From Pecten maximus (taxonomy: Eukaryota): a stretch of 64,000 nucleotides of DNA. The notes beneath the pieces are model-generated. The model worked only from the letters and a program-made list of their open reading frames with translations, did no database searches and was not told where the DNA came from. The stretch covers positions 34,844,001-34,908,000 of the forward strand of contig NC_047022.1 of the NCBI RefSeq assembly GCF_902652985.1, read 5' to 3'. Below, piece after piece: positions 57,961-64,000 of the stretch. The translations under genes were made by a program, and so were the position numbers. Within the stretch, counting starts at the first letter, position 1. The number at the start of each line of letters is the position of its first letter.

Positions 57961-59340
57961 AACAAGAGGCCCATGGGCCCTAACGGTCATCTGACAAACA
58001 CTTACAGCAGGGACACATCCCTCAATCCAGCATCATTACCATAAATTATCTATATGCAGCCAGTTATGTTTCAGATCAAATTTGGTTTTTATCCATTTTG
58101 GTTTAAAGGAAGAGCAGCATCTTAAAGCAAATGTTTAGCCAAGTTCCCATTTTTGGGGCATGCCCATCTGTCCTAATGGGTCGGACAGGCTTCATTTATA
58201 TCAATTAGGATTGCTCTTCCCCAATGATGTTTCATACTAAATATGGCTGTAATCAGTTAAGGCATTAAGGAAGAGTAGCATTTTAAAGACATGTTTAACC
58301 TAAGTGCTCCTTCTTTCCCCAGGGGTTAGACCTGTCTCATTTATACAAAATATGATTGCCGTCCCCTTATGATGTTTCACATCAAATTTGGTTGTAATCC
58401 AAAGGTTAAGGAGGAGTAGGATTTTATAGCAAAAATTCACCAAAGATCCCCTTTTGGGGCCTCGGGCCCCAGGGGTCATAGTAACCTCGTTTATATAAAA
58501 TATGACCGCCCTAACCGAAGGATATTTCGCACCATATTTGGGTTAGAGAGGAGTAGGATTTTATAGCAAAATTTCATCAAAGTTCCCATTTTGGGGCCCT
58601 TCCCCTCTGGCCCTAGGGGTCAGACCAGCCTTATTTATATAAAATATGATTGTCCTCCCCCAATGATGCTTCACACCGAATTTGGTAATAATCCACTTTG
58701 GGGTTTAGGAGGAGTAGGATTTTAAAGCAAAATCTCATCAAAGTTCCCATTTTGTGGCTCTGGCCCTAGGGGTCAGACCAGCCTCATTTATATAAAATAT
58801 GATTGCCCTCCCCAAATGATGTTTCACAGCAAATTCGGTTGTAATGGACTCAAAGGTTAGGGAGGAGTAGGATTTTATAGCAAAATTCACCAAAGTTCCC
58901 CTTTTGGGGCCCCGCCCCTCAGGCCCAGGGGTCACACTAGCCTCATTTATATAAAATTTGACCGCCCTTACCCATTGATGTTTCACACCATATTTGATTG
59001 TAATCCACCCAAGGGTTAGGGAGGAGTAGGATTTTAAAGCAAAAATTCACCAAAGTTCCTCTTTTTGGCCCTAGGGGTCAGACCAGCCTCATTTATAAAA
59101 AATATGTCTGTCCTTCCCCAATGACGTTTCACACCAATTTGGTAATAATCCACTTTGGGGTTTAGGATGAGTAGGATTTTATAGCCAAAATTCACCAAAG
59201 TTCCCCTTTTGGGCCCGCCCCTCCGGCCCCAGGGGTCACACTAGCTTCATTTATATAAAATATGACCGCCCTTCCCCAATGATGCTTCAAACTAAATTTG
59301 GAAGTAATTCACTCAAGGGTTAAGGAGGAGTAGCGTTTTG
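57961..59340 (-). mobile_element. HINE-like element (3' end at 57961) with satellite units
   Basis: aacaagaggcccatgggccc end; tandem ~150 bp units shared with 570-1065. Confidence 0.8.
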
Positions 59341-59384
59341 AGTCAGATGATCTAAAAATATTAGAACCTTATTAGTGCCTTGTG

Positions 59385-60980
59385 TGTGTATACTAAAATA
59401 AGTCTACATGTGGATTTGTGTACACTGATATAAGTATATATGTGGATGTGTACACTGAAATAAGTCTACATATGGATATGTGTACACCGAAATAAGTATA
59501 CATGTGGATATGTGTACACTGAAATAAGTCTACATGTGAATGTGTACACCGAAATAAGTCTTCATGTGGATATGTGTACACCGAAATGTGTACACTGAAT
59601 TAAGTCTACATGTGGACGTGTACACCGAAATAAGTCTCTATGTGGATATGTGTACACTGAAATAAGTCTATTTGTGGATATGTGTACACTGAAATAAGTC
59701 TACATGTGGATATGTGTACACTGAAATAAGTCTACATGTGGATATGTGTACATTGAAATAAGTATCTATGTGGATATGTACACTGAAATAAGTCTACATG
59801 TGGATATGTGTACACTGAAATAAGTCTATGTGTGGATATGTGTACACTGAAATAAGTCTAAATGTGAATATGTGTACACCGAAATAAGTCTACATGTGGA
59901 TATGTGTACACTGAAATAAGTCTACATGTGGATATGTGTACACCGAAATAAGTCTACATGTTGATATGTGTACACTGAAATAAGTATCTATGTGGATATG
60001 TATACACCGAAATAAGTCTACATGTGGTTATGTGTACACTGAAATAAGTCTACATGTGGATATGTGTAAACTGAAATAAGTCCACATGTGGATATGGGTA
60101 AACTGAAATAAGTCTCTATGTGGATGTGTCCACCGAAATAAGTCTACATGTGGTTATGTGTACACTGAAATAAGTCTACATGTGGATATGTGTACATTGA
60201 AATAAGTATCTATGTGGATGTGTACACTGCAATAAGTCTACATGTGGATATGTGTACACTGAAATAAGTCTACATGTGGATATGTGTACACCGAAATAAG
60301 TCTGCATGTGGTTATGTGTACACTGAAAAAAGTCTACATGTGGATATGTGTACACCGAAATAAGTCTCTATGTGGATATGTGTACCCCGAAATAAGTCTC
60401 TATGTGGATATGTGTACACTGAAATAAGTATCTATGTGGATGTGTACACTGAAATAAGTCTACATGTGGATATGTGTACACTGAAATAAGTCTACATGTG
60501 GATATGTGTACACTGAAATAAGTCTACATGTTGATATGTATACACTGAAATAAGTATCTATGTGGATATGTATACACCGAAATAAGTCTACATGTCGTTA
60601 TGTGTACACTGAAATAAGTCTACATGTGGATATGTGTAAACTGAAATAAGTCCACATGTGGATATGGGTAAACTGAAATAAGTCTCTATGTGGATGTGTC
60701 CACCGAAATAAGTCTACATGTGGTTATGTGTACACTGAAATAAGTCTATATGTGGATATGTGTACACTGAAATAAGTATCTATGTGGATGTGTACACTGC
60801 AATAAGTCTACACGTGGATATGTGTACACTGAAATAAGTCCACATGTGGATATGTGTACACTGAAATAAGTCTACATGTGGATATGTGTACACTGAAATA
60901 AGTCTACATGTGGATATGTGTACACCGAAATAAGTCTACATGTGGTTATGTGTACACTGAAATAAGTTTATATGTTGATA
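59385..60980. repeat. 32 bp minisatellite, about 50 units
   Basis: Unit gaaataagtctacatgtggatatgtgtacact. Confidence 0.95.
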
Positions 60981-61854
60981 TATTTTTACCAGTGAAATTG
61001 ATAGCATTATCAAACTTATATCATCAAAAGATAATCACAAGTGATGACATAATTTTTTGATGAACCGTATAATATTATTTTTGTTGTGATATAATTTATT
61101 GATGAACCATATATTATTATTTTTGTTGTGATATAGTTTATTTATGAACGTTATAACATTATCATTGTGAAGATATGATTTATTTATGGGCCTTATATTA
61201 TTATCATTGTGATGATATCACAGTGATAATGGTTAGATCTAAATATAGGGAAGGAAGAATAACTGGTTAGTTTGATGCATATCTGCTATAAACACTGAAG
61301 AAGTTATGAATTCAATACTCATTTAACAGCAGTTTGAACAACAAAAAAACGCTGAAAACGCCAGGGGTTCTCCAATCAAAATGACGCTCCCCCCATCTTT
61401 CCGTTTTTAAAAAAGAAATAAATAGAAATTTAACAAGTATAGCAGACTATACCGATCTGTCATTTTTGTGAAATATTTGTGATATTCAACGGGAAATTTT
61501 GGTAATTCAATCATAGTGAAAAATATATGATCTTCATCTGTAAAACTCTCAAAATAAAAACAAAATATATGTATCTTTTTGTTTCTTCTCTAATTTATAA
61601 ATTTATAAATCTTCAATACAAATGGTTTTTCGAGGGTAATTGATAATTTTGCACGTTAGAAGACAGACACGCAATAGATTCATAGGCAGGTGATATATAT
61701 AGACACCTCGCAAGGGCAAACAAGCCAAGTCTCTAACTAATAGTTCCGATATACTCTTTGGCTTGGGAAAATTTACATCGGTTTTTCATCTTCCGTGGTA
61801 CAGCACATGTGGCACCGCATGTCGATCTAACTGCTTTCCCGCGAATTCTGCGTT

Positions 61855-62045
61855 GTCGTCTGCTAGAATTTGGTGGATTGTGGTTCGATATACGACTCTG
61901 GTGTATGCCGTTTATTTCAGCAAATCAGAGTACTGCATTTAGCCAATGAAAGAAATAGAAAGTGCGTCCATGGATGCTTGTTGCTAATGTTGCTCTCACT
62001 TCTGCCCTTTCATCATCCAGCATCGTTTAAAATCAGCGGAAAAAG
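61855..62045 (+). promoter_or_regulatory. Putative promoter and non-coding first exon of LC8 copy 5
   Basis: GTCGTCTGCTA 61855, CGATATACGACTC 61886, CCAAT 61943, GCGTCCATG 61964, GTTGCTA 61980, donor AAG|GTAATT at 62046. Confidence 0.75.
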
Positions 62046-63330
62046 GTAATTTCTTGTTTCCTGTACTCACTTTAGATATCTTCATTTGATTCTGTTGAGT
62101 TTACTCTGTAAGTATGTCCATTTTAATATCATTATAAGTACTTACATACAATCAACTATCAATACTTTTGCATATCGGACACAAACTTTAAAAAAATACT
62201 ATGCGGGATATACGTAATCACAGGCTGTTACAGCATATCCTGTCGGTCTTTATGGAAATTTATAGATCATAACTCCTTATATACTTCGCTGTTCAATACT
62301 TAAGTTCAGCGCACATGGCGATATCAGATGCAAGTGTATACACAGCTTCACTCTGTCTGGAGCTAAACTGATACCAATGATTTTAACACAGCGTCTTATC
62401 CGTTGCTTTTGCTACTGATTTTAAGATTTGGCATTAATTTGTTTGTTTAGTTATATAATAAATCAAATTAATTGGATATGTATCTTGGGCCTTGGGGAGA
62501 TGTTTGACTGTTTGTTTGATATTTATAATTATTTTGTACTTACAAATGCTCGAATACGTCAGAAAGGCCATACTGTGAACCCCGTTTCGGGCCTCCGTGT
62601 CGATGATGGGTGCTTGCCATGTCGGTTGAAAGAATGATCAGCTTAACAACAAAATACTGTAGTAACAATATCTCCGGTATATTTCGATATATAAAATGAA
62701 ATTCAAAATGAAAATTGCATAAAATATGGGATTAAATCAATCATTAAAACCAGGACACTCGTACGCTCAAAGAGTTCTAATTTTCAAAACAGGTTTGTAT
62801 TTATGTTTGGTTTAAGCTGAATCGACATATAACAACTGGGCCCAACTATTTAGATGCTTCAACAGGATATAAAATCTGTATTTAACTTGCATTGTTTTGT
62901 ATATCGGGTTTTACTCGTACTGTTAGGATTGTGCGTTGTAATGTTGCACAATTACCACTGCATGTGCCCTTCACGAACTTGACTTTGAGCAATACCACCA
63001 GGGACTGCATAGATAATTTACAAGCGTCAAAATCCTGGCTACATTATGTCGGCTACAGATGCATTATTTTCTCCGTAATTTTCCAGACAGATGTACTTGT
63101 CTTGGGCTTTAGCCTTGTCTGGGACCAGTTTCATCAGTTAACTCAAAAAAGAAAAGAAAAAACCCGCCATACCTTTAAAGTTGCCATTGAAAGCATTACA
63201 GAATATAAGGATGGTTCATTGACTTAAGATTGTTTCCTGAAACTCTGTAATGCGTTTCAATGAAAGTTAACGATTTTCCTCAAGTTGAGGCACGTTGATG
63301 AAACTGAGGCTTGGCCAGTTGATATTCTGG

Positions 63331-63410
63331 TAGCCCGAGTTTCATCTGGCCCTGACACCGTGTCTGCATGGTGTAGGACATGGTGTCAGGGCCAGATGAA
63401 ACTCGGGCTA
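63331..63410. mobile_element. 80 bp hairpin MITE (AcademH-like: TAG ends, 9 bp TSD)
   Basis: TIR TAGCCCGAGTTTCATCTGGCCCTGACACC; flanks atattctgg/acattctgg. Confidence 0.7.
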
Positions 63411-63665
63411 ACATTCTGGCTGTGTGGGTTTCTGGTATTGTGGTCGATACACGAATAGCCGTGGGAAAGGGTAAAGTGTTATGCAGTAGTAGTAAATTCA
63501 TGTCTTCCATAACCATAGATAGCTCAGTATTCAAAGGTCGATTACATGTTATAATTGTGTCATACTTAGTAATCGATCTTTGGCTGAAGAGCCTGCTAAC
63601 CACAACATCCAACTTGTGTGAGCGGTACAGATTAGATTTTTACTTAAGTACTTCAAATAAAATGA

Positions 63666-63968
<303 letters not shown>

Positions 63969-64000
63969 AAATATGAGATCCCTTCGTCATCTCGACGGAG

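Overview
AT-rich animal genomic DNA with spliceosomal introns. The repeat types (HINE/Helentron-like satellite carriers, tRNA-SINE, Nimb/I-type LINE) suggest a mollusc, probably a bivalve (inference). Host genes: (1) a complete four-coding-exon SRSF1 (ASF/SF2) gene on the minus strand (CDS 21301-8779, 253 aa), with TE-packed introns and an apparently TE-free ~3.5 kb downstream/3'UTR region; (2) a cluster of five dynein light chain LC8 (DYNLL) genes, each with an intronless 89-codon CDS and a splice acceptor 5 nt before the ATG. The rest is nested DNA transposons/MITEs, LINE/SINE/Penelope relics and minisatellites. Most interesting: an eight-copy GGACCGAAUGGAG array in a GGA-rich block of the putative SRSF1 3'UTR with candidate UTR splice sites (a possible autoregulatory/NMD module); a promoter module shared by four LC8 paralogs; gene-conversion tracts confined to the LC8 coding sequence; P-type transposon footprints with 17 nt or less per end; and a 4.2 kb nested insertion exactly at an LC8 splice donor. 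Coordinates were read by eye, and repeat boundaries are approximate unless TSDs are given.
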